Both the position numbers and the translations under genes were made by a program. DNA of 64,000 nucleotides, from the NCBI GenBank assembly GCA_024644345.1, contig JAHELE010000001.1:18659-82658 (forward strand), read 5' to 3'. Source of the DNA: Actinomycetes bacterium (GTDB lineage Bacteria; Actinomycetota; Actinomycetes; JAHEKZ01). The number at the start of each line of letters is the position of its first letter. The stretch's first letter is position 1. The notes under the pieces are model-generated. The model made no database searches, was not told the DNA's origin, and saw only the letters and a list, made by a program, of their open reading frames with translations. Positions 9,469-19,058 of this stretch are shown piece by piece.

Positions 9469-9575
9469 AGTAAGCCTCTCCGGGGGAAGTCGGTGGTCCG
9501 ATGGGAACAAGGCGTTCCCTGGTGCCATCGGCCGGGTGCAGACCCGGCTGGAGACGAGTCCCTACCCTAGCTCGC

Positions 9576-10343
9576 GTGACCTCCACCACTGAGCACCTGA
9601 CGCGCGCGTTGTCGACCGACCCGTCCGGTCCGCGGCTGACGTTCTACGACGACCTCACCGGTGAGCGCGTCGAGCTGTCGACCACCACCCTGGCCAACTG
9701 GGTGGCCAAGACCACCAACCTGCTCGTTCTGGAGTGCGGAGTGGGGCCGGGATCGCACGTGGCGCTCCACCTGCCCCGCCATTGGACCACCGCGATCTGG
9801 GCGCTGGCCGGTGACGCCGTAGGCGCCCACGTGAGCCTCGTCGCCAACGAGGTGAGCGATGCGAGCCCAGCGATCGACGCGGTGGGGTCGGTCGACGTCG
9901 CCGTGATCGGTCCGGACTCTGTGCTCGAACCGCCAGCCGCTGACGAGATCTTTGCCGTGTCGTTGGCCCCCCTGGGGGCCCCGTTCACGACGCCATTGCC
10001 CACGTTCGTGCGCGACTTCACCGTGGAGGTCCGCACCATGCCCGACCAGCTCAGCGGTCCGGTCGGTCCCCCCGGAACCGTCGGTGAGTTGGCCGAGCAG
10101 CGCGCCCGGGCGATGGGCCTTGGCCCATCGGACCGGGTGGCCGCGTTGGGCGACCTGGGCGGGACGACGGCACTGATCGACGAGTGGCTGGCCCCGTTGG
10201 CAGTCGGGGCAAGCGTGGTGTGGGTTCGGAACCCCGACCCCGTGACATGCGTCTCACGGTGGGGGTCCGAACGGGTGACGGCGGTGGCCAGAACCCGGCC
10301 GGGCGGTGTTTCTGTCCCTGACTCGATTCGGATCCTGCCCTAG
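9576..10343 (+). CDS. actinobacterial conserved hypothetical protein, TIGR03089-like (acyl-activating-enzyme-like fold)
   Basis: Sequence HVALHLPRHWTTAIWALAGDAVGAHV. It sits beside the LCP/CpsA gene, as Rv3268 does beside Rv3267. The start is uncertain (GTG at 9576, or the ORF-track start at 9501). Confidence 0.55.
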   Translation: MTSTTEHLTRALSTDPSGPRLTFYDDLTGERVELSTTTLANWVAKTTNLLVLECGVGPGSHVALHLPRHWTTAIWALAGDAVGAHVSLVANEVSDASPAIDAVGSVDVAVIGPDSVLEPPAADEIFAVSLAPLGAPFTTPLPTFVRDFTVEVRTMPDQLSGPVGPPGTVGELAEQRARAMGLGPSDRVAALGDLGGTTALIDEWLAPLAVGASVVWVRNPDPVTCVSRWGSERVTAVARTRPGGVSVPDSIRILP

Positions 10344-10408
10344 GGAGTCCGTATCCTTCAGGGCCGGCGCTTTCCCACCGCGCGCCACCAGCTGACCACG
10401 AGGAACCC

Positions 10409-11848
10409 ATGACGCACACCGAACGGCCGGAGTCGGCTGCCTCGGGGCACCCCCGGATGCGCCGGACGCTCAGGTGGCTCGCCGTGATCGTGGTGCTGCT
10501 GCTGGTTGCCGGCGGGGCCACCGGCTTCTACCTCTACCAGCGTTTTGAGGGGAACATCGGCCAGGTCGACGTCTTCACGACCGACATCCTGGGCACCGAC
10601 CGACCGACCAAGGCAGAGCCGGTCGACAACCAGGCGGAACCCCTGAACATCCTGGTCATGGGCTCGGACACCAGAGCCGGGCAGGGCAGGGGCTACGGAC
10701 CTGAGGCAGAGATCACCGGCGCGCGGTCCGACACCACGCTGCTCGTCCACCTCCCGGCCGACCGCCAAAGCGCTCTGGTCGTGAGCATCCCTCGCGACAC
10801 CGTGCTCGACGTTCCGTCGTGCAAGACGCAGAACGGACCATCCACCCCGTACACGGACCGCTTCAACTCTGCGTTCTCCACCGGCGGGCCAGGCTGCACG
10901 ATCAAGACCGTGGAGCAGAACACCGGCGTCTTCATCGACCACTTCGTCATCGTGGACTTCTCCGGGTTCAACGACATCGTCGACGCCCTCGGTGGAGTCG
11001 ATGTGTGCCTTCCCGAGGCAGTTGTCGAGCCCAAGAGCGGGCTGGACCTTCCCGCCGGCACCAGCACCGTGACGGGCGACCAGGCGTTGGCGTTCGTGCG
11101 GGTGCGCGCGATCGGAACCGGAAGTGACATCGACCGGATCGATCGGCAGCAGGCCTTTCTGTCGTCCTTGATCAACAAGGCCAAGAGCTCCGGCACACTC
11201 CTCAACCCCGTCAAACTCGTGCGTTTTCTAGAGGCGGCGACCAAGTCGCTGACGACCGACCCCGCGCTGGCCAACCTCAACGAGATGCGGCGGATCGCCC
11301 AAGACGTCCGAGGGATCCCGCCCAAGGACATCACCTTCGTCACCACTCCGTGGCTGGTGAACCCCGACGACCCCAACACCGTTGTCTGGAACGAGAAGAA
11401 GACCGACGCCCTCTGGTCGGCCATCAGCAACGACGAGACCTATCCCCCCGCTCCCCCTGAGCCGACCACCATCGACGGCAAGCCACTGACCGTGCTCCCG
11501 AGCGCGGTTCCGCTACGGGTGCTGAACGGCAGTGGCGTGAGCGGGGCGGCCACCACAGCGGCTACCGAGCTCAAGGCGAAGGGCTACTCGACGATCGGGG
11601 TTGGCGATGCCGAAAGCCAGAACTTCATCTCGACGGTGATCCGCTACGACGAGGCCGGCGCTGACGCCGCCCGCACCGTGGCGGCATCCATCCCCGGGGC
11701 CGCTCGGGTGCTTCGGCCGGGGCTGGGGACGACGGTCGAGGTCGTGGTGGGTGATGACTGGCCAGGCGCCACACGGGTGGTCGTCAAGAAGCCCCCGAGC
11801 GTTACCGTCCGGCAAGCGACCGACAACATCTGCAAGATTCCCGGCTAA
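10409..11848 (+). CDS. LytR-CpsA-Psr (LCP) family cell-wall polymer ligase with C-terminal LytR_C domain
   Basis: N-terminal TM segment (LAVIVVLLLVAGGATGFYLY). LCP core motifs (LNILVMGSDTRAG...RSDTTLLVHL...SIPRDT...GFNDIVDALGGVDV). GAGGA RBS before the ATG. Confidence 0.85.
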   Translation: MTHTERPESAASGHPRMRRTLRWLAVIVVLLLVAGGATGFYLYQRFEGNIGQVDVFTTDILGTDRPTKAEPVDNQAEPLNILVMGSDTRAGQGRGYGPEAEITGARSDTTLLVHLPADRQSALVVSIPRDTVLDVPSCKTQNGPSTPYTDRFNSAFSTGGPGCTIKTVEQNTGVFIDHFVIVDFSGFNDIVDALGGVDVCLPEAVVEPKSGLDLPAGTSTVTGDQALAFVRVRAIGTGSDIDRIDRQQAFLSSLINKAKSSGTLLNPVKLVRFLEAATKSLTTDPALANLNEMRRIAQDVRGIPPKDITFVTTPWLVNPDDPNTVVWNEKKTDALWSAISNDETYPPAPPEPTTIDGKPLTVLPSAVPLRVLNGSGVSGAATTAATELKAKGYSTIGVGDAESQNFISTVIRYDEAGADAARTVAASIPGAARVLRPGLGTTVEVVVGDDWPGATRVVVKKPPSVTVRQATDNICKIPG

Positions 11849-13653
11849 CGGTCGGCGAAACGTCCCGAGCTCTCGGCTGCGTAGATCACCCCGAGAACGA
11901 CAGAACCGATCCCCAGCCCCCAGGCGAGCTCTCCGACTGCGGCGAGCAACACCACCAGAACAACTCGCCCGAAGGCACCCAGGCCGACAATTCCCAGCCA
12001 GGTCGGTGGGGAGGCGCCAAGGACGCGTTGTCTCGTCGCGATGTCGAGACGGTGAAAGGCCAGCACCGCGATCCACGCAATCGTGATCGCAAGGGCTGCC
12101 GGCTCGACAACTGCGGCCGCAGCCAGCACCACCGTCGACTCCACGACCCAGGTGAGCGGGGGAACCCAGGCCGCCACACGCGAGCTCAGAGCCCGACGCA
12201 GTGCCGACAGATGCGGATCCTGTTGGGAGACCAGGCGGGCCAGCGGACCAGGGTCGGCCAGCTCGAAGAGCTGCCGCCGAGCAGCGGCAAGCGGCCGCGG
12301 GGCACCCACCAGCACGAGGCAGACCACAGCACTCAGGCCCGCCAGCACCGCCAGCACCGCCAACAGCGACGTCGGCGGGAGCAGGATCAGGGCGACGACC
12401 GTGAGGACGGCTCCGTCACCACGAGAGATGCTGAACGGGAGCCACTCGGGAACGGGCCGCCCCTCTGGCGGTGGGGTGGCAGGAAGCAGCGGCTCGTCGA
12501 GGCGGTCCAGCGGCAACCGGATGGGTGTCGGGCTGCCTCCCCATCCACGCGCGGTGCGGCTCGCTGCCGCCGCAAGATGGGCCAGTGTCAGGAGGACCAG
12601 CACTGTCGATGCGAGCCCCCAGCGCGGCGATCCGGACTGAGCGGTACCTAGCCCGAGACCGATCACCACGGCAGCCTCGCGGATCCGGTCCGTGGTGACG
12701 TCGAACCAGGCGCCGAAAGCGGTGACGGTGCGACGTGCCCTGGCCAAGATCCCGTCGACCCGGTCAAGCAAGACGGAGATCAGCAGAAAGAACGCCGCCG
12801 TGATGGCACCCCCTCGGGTGCCCGTCGAGATCAGCAGCCCGGCCAGGAGTGCTGCTGCCACGCTCACGACGGTGGTTGCGTGAGCGCCCACACCGGCGCG
12901 CCAGGCCCACAGGGACACGACCTCTGCAGCCTGGCGGCCGCCGATTCGGTCCACGAGCCCTTGAGGCAAGCCAGCTGCAGCGTCGATCCGCACCCTGGTC
13001 TCGTGCTCGGGATCGAGCGGCATGGTTGCCGTTCCCCATGGCAGTCCCGGAGTGTCGACCGCGTGGACGGTGACCCCCGCCCGGACCGCTGCCACGACTG
13101 TCAATGGCCAGACCGGCCCCGACCAGTGCTGCTCGTCTGCCACATCTGCCATCACCCGCACTGCGCTGGCGACCGAGTCGGCATCGGCTGCGTCAACCCG
13201 CAGCAGGCCGGACCCGTTGTGCGTGGACTGACCGACGGTGTGGACCCCTGAACCGGCGCCCACCACAACGCCAGCAACCACCCGCAGAGGGGCGTCGGTG
13301 ACCGGTGGACGCGACCCCGGGTCGGCAGCATCGACCGGCACGGGGTCGACCAGCACGGCGGTGCGAGTGGCCGCTTCGACCTCCTCCACGGTGACGACCG
13401 AGCCGAGTGCCTCGGCCGCCAGCAGAAGGACCGGAGCCGGCACCCCTTCCATCGCATCAGCCACCGCTCGTACCGTGTCGGCCGTTCCGCCACGGGTGAC
13501 CACGTGGTGAGCCGCGCGCACCTCCGTGAGGGAGGGCGCAACCAGGTAGACGTCGTGGCCGCGTCCCTCGAGCTCGTCGACCCACTGCTGTGCCCGCCGT
13601 TGAGCCGCGGCGTCACCGGCGTCAGCGTCAGGTGCGACGAGCACCACTGTCAC
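11845..13653 (-). CDS. fusion protein: ~280-aa N-terminal cytoplasmic domain of unknown function plus a polytopic CDP-alcohol phosphatidyltransferase domain
   Basis: CDP-alcohol phosphotransferase signature D-G-x2-A-R...G...D...D (LLDRVDGILARARRTVTAFGAWFDVTTDRIREA). Multiple TM helices. Its start overlaps the wzt stop (ATGA) and its stop overlaps the LCP stop. Confidence 0.7.
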   Translation of the reverse strand: MTVVLVAPDADAGDAAAQRRAQQWVDELEGRGHDVYLVAPSLTEVRAAHHVVTRGGTADTVRAVADAMEGVPAPVLLLAAEALGSVVTVEEVEAATRTAVLVDPVPVDAADPGSRPPVTDAPLRVVAGVVVGAGSGVHTVGQSTHNGSGLLRVDAADADSVASAVRVMADVADEQHWSGPVWPLTVVAAVRAGVTVHAVDTPGLPWGTATMPLDPEHETRVRIDAAAGLPQGLVDRIGGRQAAEVVSLWAWRAGVGAHATTVVSVAAALLAGLLISTGTRGGAITAAFFLLISVLLDRVDGILARARRTVTAFGAWFDVTTDRIREAAVVIGLGLGTAQSGSPRWGLASTVLVLLTLAHLAAAASRTARGWGGSPTPIRLPLDRLDEPLLPATPPPEGRPVPEWLPFSISRGDGAVLTVVALILLPPTSLLAVLAVLAGLSAVVCLVLVGAPRPLAAARRQLFELADPGPLARLVSQQDPHLSALRRALSSRVAAWVPPLTWVVESTVVLAAAAVVEPAALAITIAWIAVLAFHRLDIATRQRVLGASPPTWLGIVGLGAFGRVVLVVLLAAVGELAWGLGIGSVVLGVIYAAESSGRFADR

Positions 13654-14624
13654 GTTCGGGCCTCGGGGGTGCCTGAGGTCTCAGGCAGGTCTTCACCCTC
13701 TTCGTCCAGATCATCACTGACCGGGAGCAACCCGCCCGCAGCGAGGCGCTCAGCTTCTCGACGACGCTGGCGCCGCTCGCGACGCGCCTTCTTCCGCTCG
13801 CCCTTCCACCCTGGGTGCCCCTCCATCTCCCGGTCGACGTTGTACTGCGCAAGCACCTCACCGATGTCGCCGTCAGCCTGGACCCGGCCTCGGCGCAGAT
13901 AGATCCCGCGGGTGCACAACCGCTGCAGCTGCCGCTCGCTGTGCGAGACCAGGAAGAGGGTCTTGCCTCCGGCCAGCATGGTGTCGAGCCGCTCATACGC
14001 CTTGCGCTTGAACGACCGGTCTCCGACCGAGAGCGTCTCGTCGATGATCACGGTGGGCTCGTTGAGGGAGGTGATCAGTGAGAAGGCCACTCTCGTTCTC
14101 ATACCGCTGGAGAGGTGGCGGAAGGGAGTATCGACGAAGTCGCCGACCTCGGCGAAGTTGATGATGTCGTCGAACCGCTCCTCGACCTCATCACGCAGCA
14201 TGCCGTGCAGGCCACCGACGATGTGCAGGTTGTCGCGCACGGTCAGGTCTGCCTTGAAGCCGCCGGAGATGTTGACCAGAGGCGCCACTCCGCCGACCAG
14301 CCGCACCCAGCCCTCGTCGGGGATCAGGGTGCCGGCGACCAGCTTGAGCAGGGTGCTCTTGCCCTGTCCGTTCGCCCCGATGATCCCGACCGACTCGCCC
14401 TGCGTGATCTGGAACGACACGTTCCGGAGGGCCCAGAACTCGCTCTTGGCCTTGCCTTTCTCCTCTTTGAACAGATCTGAGAGGCGCCGGTTGCGGATGC
14501 GGTTGCGCCGGAACTTGATTCCGAGCTTGTGCGCCTCGATGGCAACGGGGGCATCAACTGTGTCAGCCGAAGCCGTCGGCGGCGCTGACGAACCGGATGT
14601 GTCCACCGCCGTCGGAGCGTCCAT
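13650..14624 (-). CDS. ABC transporter ATP-binding protein, Wzt/TagH-like polysaccharide/teichoic-acid exporter ATPase
   Basis: Walker A (GIIGANGQGKSTLLKLVAG), signature motif (LSSGMRTRVAF) and Walker B (IIDETLSVGD). The ATG at 14624 overlaps the permease stop (TGATG). Charged C-terminal tail. Confidence 0.85.
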   Translation of the reverse strand: MDAPTAVDTSGSSAPPTASADTVDAPVAIEAHKLGIKFRRNRIRNRRLSDLFKEEKGKAKSEFWALRNVSFQITQGESVGIIGANGQGKSTLLKLVAGTLIPDEGWVRLVGGVAPLVNISGGFKADLTVRDNLHIVGGLHGMLRDEVEERFDDIINFAEVGDFVDTPFRHLSSGMRTRVAFSLITSLNEPTVIIDETLSVGDRSFKRKAYERLDTMLAGGKTLFLVSHSERQLQRLCTRGIYLRRGRVQADGDIGEVLAQYNVDREMEGHPGWKGERKKARRERRQRRREAERLAAGGLLPVSDDLDEEGEDLPETSGTPEART

Positions 14625-15541
14625 CAGAGCTCCTTCAGGACACGGGGTTCGAGCCGGCGGAAGAGCCACCAGCCGATCACAAAGATCAGCGCCGAGAGCA
14701 GCGCCGAGAGCGCCAGCAGCGCCGCGACGTCGGAGGTGTTGTCGGGGAAGAGCACCGCGTGGTACGTGTTCAAGATGCCCACGAGCGGGTTGAGCGCGTA
14801 GACCCAGAGCAGCGAGTCCGGCAGGTCGTTCCGGTCCAGCACCTCCGTCAGCAGACCGAGCCCATAGATGACCGGTGACAGGTAGCGGTAGAGCGTGGTG
14901 AAGACCTTCACGACTCGGTGCACGTCGGGGTAGAGCATGCAGAGCGGCGCCAGGGTCAGGGCCAGCCCGACGTTGAAGAGGAACTGGACGGCAAACGCGA
15001 GCGGGAGGATGACCAACCACCACGTCACGCCGACGGGACCGCTCTTGGGGGGGAAGATCATGAAGAACAGCACGAAGACCACGGTGATCGGCAGCGTGAA
15101 GAGGAACTCGATGAACCGCGACGAGACCGACCGCAGCACCCAGATCTCGCGCGGCAGGCTGGACGAGGTCACCAGCTTGGCGTCGTTACCGAGCAGCCGA
15201 CCGGAGTCTCCGAGCACGTGCGCCGTCCACTGGAAGGGCAGGATGCCGGTGAGGAGCCAGAGGATGTACGGCTGCTCATTGGTGGCACCACGCGAGACGA
15301 TCACGCCGAAGACGAACCAGTAGACGAGGGTCAGCAGCAACGGGTCGAGCAAGGTCCAGGCGAAGCCGAGCACCGAGTCGCTGTACCTGACCTTGAGGTC
15401 ACGGACGATGAGGATCCGGAGGATCCGCCGGTTGATCCAGATCGCGCGAGTGCGCGCCATGGCCGACGGGCGATGGGCCGGCGTGGCGGACGGGTCTGCC
15501 GGCTGGGGTGACGCTGCCGGCGCTGCAGAAGACGCACTCAT
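14624..15541 (-). CDS. ABC-2 type transporter permease, Wzm/TagG-like
   Basis: Six TM helices, ABC-2 permease signature (RDLKVRYSDSVLGFAWTLLDPLL). Translationally coupled to the ATPase gene. Confidence 0.8.
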   Translation of the reverse strand: MSASSAAPAASPQPADPSATPAHRPSAMARTRAIWINRRILRILIVRDLKVRYSDSVLGFAWTLLDPLLLTLVYWFVFGVIVSRGATNEQPYILWLLTGILPFQWTAHVLGDSGRLLGNDAKLVTSSSLPREIWVLRSVSSRFIEFLFTLPITVVFVLFFMIFPPKSGPVGVTWWLVILPLAFAVQFLFNVGLALTLAPLCMLYPDVHRVVKVFTTLYRYLSPVIYGLGLLTEVLDRNDLPDSLLWVYALNPLVGILNTYHAVLFPDNTSDVAALLALSALLSALIFVIGWWLFRRLEPRVLKEL

Positions 15542-15611
15542 GTGAGTGCCCCAGCCTAACGGGCGCCGCGTCGAACCCCCCGGAGGCCACCCCGCACCGT
15601 CCCCGGCAGCT

Positions 15612-15635
15612 CTGACTTCGGCGCGCCGAAGTCAG
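15612..15635. promoter_or_regulatory. 24-bp perfect palindrome in the divergent wzm / LCP2 intergenic region (candidate operator)
   Basis: CTGACTTCGGCG|CGCCGAAGTCAG, 12-bp arms with no spacer, within the 200-bp divergent region 15542-15742. Confidence 0.35.
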
Positions 15636-15742
15636 GTCAGTGTGTGGCTCCCCTACCCTCAAGTCATCGTGCCGCGGGAACCGCAACGGCTCTCACCACG
15701 TCTTACCCGCGACCCCGACCGAGCCCAGGAGACCCACAACAG

Positions 15743-17170
15743 ATGAGCGCCGCCCTTCCCCCGGAGCTCTCACCCCGCGCAGCTGGCGGTCCGCCGTCCC
15801 CGGCCAAGCGTCGGTGGGTGACGCGGGTCACGACCGCACTCGCCGCAGTGGTGTTCCTCACGAGCACCGGTGGCTGGGTGATGGCGACGTACTACGACGT
15901 CAAGCTCGCCCGAATTCCCGGCCTGTCGGGCCTCAGCGGGGACAGCACTGGCCCCCTCACCATCTTGATCGTCGGATCGGACAGCCGCGAGGGCCTGAGC
16001 CTGGCCGAGGCCAGGAAGCTGGGGACGGGCACGGCGGCAAACAGCTCGACGGGGCAGCGGTCCGACACGATGATGCTGTTGCACATCGCCGGCGACCGGA
16101 AGAGCGCCACCGTCGTCAGCCTCCCGCGTGACTCCTACGTCACGATCCCGGCCCACACCGACAGCGCCGGCAAGAAGCAGCCTGCCAGCAAGAACAAGCT
16201 CAATGCCGCGTACGCCCTCGGCGGCGCACCGTTGCTCATCGACACCGTCAAGGCCGAGACCGGACTCACCATCGACCACTACGTCGAGGTCGGATTCGCT
16301 GGGGTCGTGAACATGGTCGATGCGCTCGGCGGGGTCGACGTCTGCGTGCCAAACGCCGTCGACGACTGGCGCAGTGGCTTGAAACTGCCGGCAGGCAAGT
16401 CGCATGTCGACGGGCTGATGGGGCTCTCGTACGTGCGAGCCCGCTACATCGACCCCACCGCAGACATCGGACGTATGCAGCGCCAGCAGCGCTTCCTCGG
16501 GTCGATGTTCCAAGAGGCGACGACCGCACAGGTGCTGCTCAACCCGGTCAAGCTCAATGCGTTCCTGGCTGCGGCGCTCGACTCGGTGACTGTCGACGAC
16601 GGCATGTCACGCGACATGCTGCTCGAGCTCGCCGGCGAGATCCAAGGCCTGACCCCGAAGGACATCCGGTTCCTCACGGTCCCCTTGTCCGACGTGAACC
16701 TGGCCACACCTGTCGGCAGCGCAGTGGAGTGGGACCAGAAGAAGGCCGCACTCGTCTTCGGCTCGATCGAGAGCGACCAACCCCTGATCAAGGAGAAGAA
16801 GGGGCCGACCGTCCAGGTGGCGCCGGCCGACATCGACGTCCAGGTGCTCAACGGCAGCGAGGTCGACGGGCTGGCCACCACCGCAAGTACTCACTTGGAC
16901 AGGGCGGGGTACACGATCGCGGCTGCCCCCGGCAACGACAAGCGCGGCGATGTGACCTCCACGATCATTAGGTACGACCCGCAGTGGAACACTTCGGCAA
17001 AGACCCTGCAGGCAGCGTTCCCCGACGCCACCCTGGAGGAGGTCTCCGGTCTTGGGTCCACCTTCCAGGTGGTCGTGGGTACCGACTACGTCAAACCATT
17101 GAAGGTTCGCGTGGCCCGCAAGGACAACAAGCTCGGATCGAGTACCGCTGCCGACAGCGTGTGCGGCTGA
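15743..17170 (+). CDS. LytR-CpsA-Psr (LCP) family protein, second paralogue, with LytR_C domain
   Basis: Motifs LTILIVGSDSREG...RSDTMMLLHI...SLPRDS...GFAGVVNMVDALGGVDV. The ATG at 15743 is in frame inside the longer track ORF that starts at 15644. Confidence 0.85.
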   Translation: MSAALPPELSPRAAGGPPSPAKRRWVTRVTTALAAVVFLTSTGGWVMATYYDVKLARIPGLSGLSGDSTGPLTILIVGSDSREGLSLAEARKLGTGTAANSSTGQRSDTMMLLHIAGDRKSATVVSLPRDSYVTIPAHTDSAGKKQPASKNKLNAAYALGGAPLLIDTVKAETGLTIDHYVEVGFAGVVNMVDALGGVDVCVPNAVDDWRSGLKLPAGKSHVDGLMGLSYVRARYIDPTADIGRMQRQQRFLGSMFQEATTAQVLLNPVKLNAFLAAALDSVTVDDGMSRDMLLELAGEIQGLTPKDIRFLTVPLSDVNLATPVGSAVEWDQKKAALVFGSIESDQPLIKEKKGPTVQVAPADIDVQVLNGSEVDGLATTASTHLDRAGYTIAAAPGNDKRGDVTSTIIRYDPQWNTSAKTLQAAFPDATLEEVSGLGSTFQVVVGTDYVKPLKVRVARKDNKLGSSTAADSVCG

Positions 17171-17185
17171 CCGCTCGGACCGGAG

Positions 17186-17683
17186 TCAGCGTTCGCCGGC
17201 CCGCAGGAGGTCGATCTCGGCGCGACGCGCCAGGCGGTGCTGCCGACGGATCTCAGCCTCGGCCAGACGCCGGCGCTCCTCGTCATTTTCGGCCACCACC
17301 GCCGGAACCGATCTGGGGCGCCCGTCGTCATCAACCGCTACGAACACCAGGTAGGCCGACGCCACATGGACCGGCGGGTCGAGTTCGTTCCACCGCTCTG
17401 ACGTGACCCGGACGCCGACCTCCATCGACGTTCGGCCCGCCCAGTTGACCTGTGCGTGGGCATGGATCAGGTCACCGACCCGCACCGGGTGCAGAAAGAC
17501 CATCTCGTCCATGGACACCGTCACCGCTGGGCCACGACTGTGCCGGCCGGCGGCCGCACCGGCGACCGAGTCCACCATCCGCATGACCACGCCGCCGTGG
17601 ACCGTGCCGAGCAGGTTGACGTCGACCGACGTCATGATCTGGGTCAGGGTGGTCCGTGCCGCGCTCGCTGGGACCGGTTCCAT
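17186..17683 (-). CDS. acyl-CoA thioesterase (hotdog fold, YciA-like)
   Basis: GTVHGGVVMRMVDSVAGAAA...MDEMVFLHPVRVGDLIHAHAQV. The internal start MEPVPASA is assumed, so the 5' end is uncertain. Confidence 0.65.
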   Translation of the reverse strand: MEPVPASAARTTLTQIMTSVDVNLLGTVHGGVVMRMVDSVAGAAAGRHSRGPAVTVSMDEMVFLHPVRVGDLIHAHAQVNWAGRTSMEVGVRVTSERWNELDPPVHVASAYLVFVAVDDDGRPRSVPAVVAENDEERRRLAEAEIRRQHRLARRAEIDLLRAGER

Positions 17684-17737
17684 TCGGCCATCCAAGCACG
17701 GCTCGCTAGCCTGACCCTGACAAACACGGGGGTGCCG

Positions 17738-18475
17738 ATGCACAACCGCGCGGCCGCCCGGTTCATCCCCCCTGAACACGGCGCCTGGGCTCTTCTCCTC
17801 GTCCCCTACCTCGTGGGCACCCTGGCTGGACAGCCTTCGTGGTGGTCACTGGTTCTCCTCGTCGCCTGGTTGGCGGCATACCTCACGACGTACTTCACCC
17901 TCCGGTGGTGGAAGACACGCCGCCTACGCCATCGCGGTAGTCGGTTCCGCGTCCCGGCGCTCATGTACGCCTCGGTGCTCACGGTCACCGGGGCCGTCCT
18001 CGTGGCGTGGCGACCCTGGCTGCTGGGCGCTGCCCTCGCTTTCGTTCCCTTCGAAGCAGTGGCTGCTACTCAGTCGGTACGTGGCAAGGAGCGGTCGTGG
18101 GTGGCCGGCATAGCCTCGGCTACCGCCGCCAGCCTCATGTCACCACTTGCCTACTGGGTCGCCTCGGGTAACCGCGTTGGACTGGCTTCGGAACTGTTCA
18201 TCGTGACGTGGCTGGCCCTCGTCGGTTCGGTCCTGCACGTCAAGTCCACCATCCGCGAGCGCGACAACGTCGAAGCGCGTCGTGCGTCGATTGCATTCCA
18301 CATCGTGGCCCTGGTCATCGGCGTTCTGATCAACCCGCTCTTGTCGGTGTCGTTCGGCTTCCTGCTCGCCCGGGCGACCGTCGTGCCGCAGCGGGGATGG
18401 CGTCCGGCGCAGATCGGAACTGTCGAGATCATCGGTTCGGCACTGGTAGTCGTCGTGACAACGTTCGCACTTTGA
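17738..18475 (+). CDS. polytopic integral membrane protein of unknown function
   Basis: Six to seven predicted TM helices. ATG at 17738 (MHNRAAARFIPPEHGAWALLLVPYL...). The upstream part of the track ORF overlaps the thioesterase. Confidence 0.5.
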   Translation: MHNRAAARFIPPEHGAWALLLVPYLVGTLAGQPSWWSLVLLVAWLAAYLTTYFTLRWWKTRRLRHRGSRFRVPALMYASVLTVTGAVLVAWRPWLLGAALAFVPFEAVAATQSVRGKERSWVAGIASATAASLMSPLAYWVASGNRVGLASELFIVTWLALVGSVLHVKSTIRERDNVEARRASIAFHIVALVIGVLINPLLSVSFGFLLARATVVPQRGWRPAQIGTVEIIGSALVVVVTTFAL

Positions 18476-18488
18476 TGAGGAACCGCCG

Positions 18489-19058
18489 TCACGCGGTGAA
18501 GCCCACGTCCCCCGAGCGACGTCGACGCAGCGCGTCACCTTTCGCTGCGGACTCCACCGCCATCTGCTCCTGAAAAGCCCGGACCTTCGCCTGCAGCTCG
18601 GCGTCGGCCACAGCCAGGATCCGGATCGCGAGCAATCCTGCGTTGCGGGCATTTCCGATGGCCACGGTGGCCACCGGCACCCCGGCCGGCATCTGCACGA
18701 TGGACAGGAGCGAGTCGAGGCCGTCGAGTCGGGCGAGCGGCACCGGGACGCCGATGACCGGAAGCGGCGTCACGGACGCCAGCATGCCCGGTAGGTGCGC
18801 GGCGCCTCCAGCGCCGGCGATCACCACCTTCCGCCCCCTGGAGGCAGCCGATCGCCCGAACTCCAGCATGTCGAACGGCGTGCGGTGGGCCGACACCACA
18901 TCGACGTCGTAGTCGACGCCGAACTCACCGAGCACATCGGCGGCCGACTCCATCACCGGCCAGTCGGAGTCACTCCCCATCACGATGCTCACCACGGCGT
19001 CCATCGGTGGATGCGGGTGGGTGGCCTCATCCGCTGGGGCGTTACTCATTGATGTCAC
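18489..19058 (-). CDS. purE: N5-carboxyaminoimidazole ribonucleotide mutase
   Basis: Motifs [13 protein letters not shown]...VSAHRTP...[15 protein letters not shown]. The start could be the internal MDAVV (19004). Confidence 0.9.
   Translation of the reverse strand: MTSMSNAPADEATHPHPPMDAVVSIVMGSDSDWPVMESAADVLGEFGVDYDVDVVSAHRTPFDMLEFGRSAASRGRKVVIAGAGGAAHLPGMLASVTPLPVIGVPVPLARLDGLDSLLSIVQMPAGVPVATVAIGNARNAGLLAIRILAVADAELQAKVRAFQEQMAVESAAKGDALRRRRSGDVGFTA

Noticed and set aside
9531-9546. Short hairpin CCGGGT-GCAG-ACCCGG in the amidase / TIGR03089 divergent region.
   Set aside because: A 6-bp stem in 70% GC DNA is expected by chance, and there is no supporting context.
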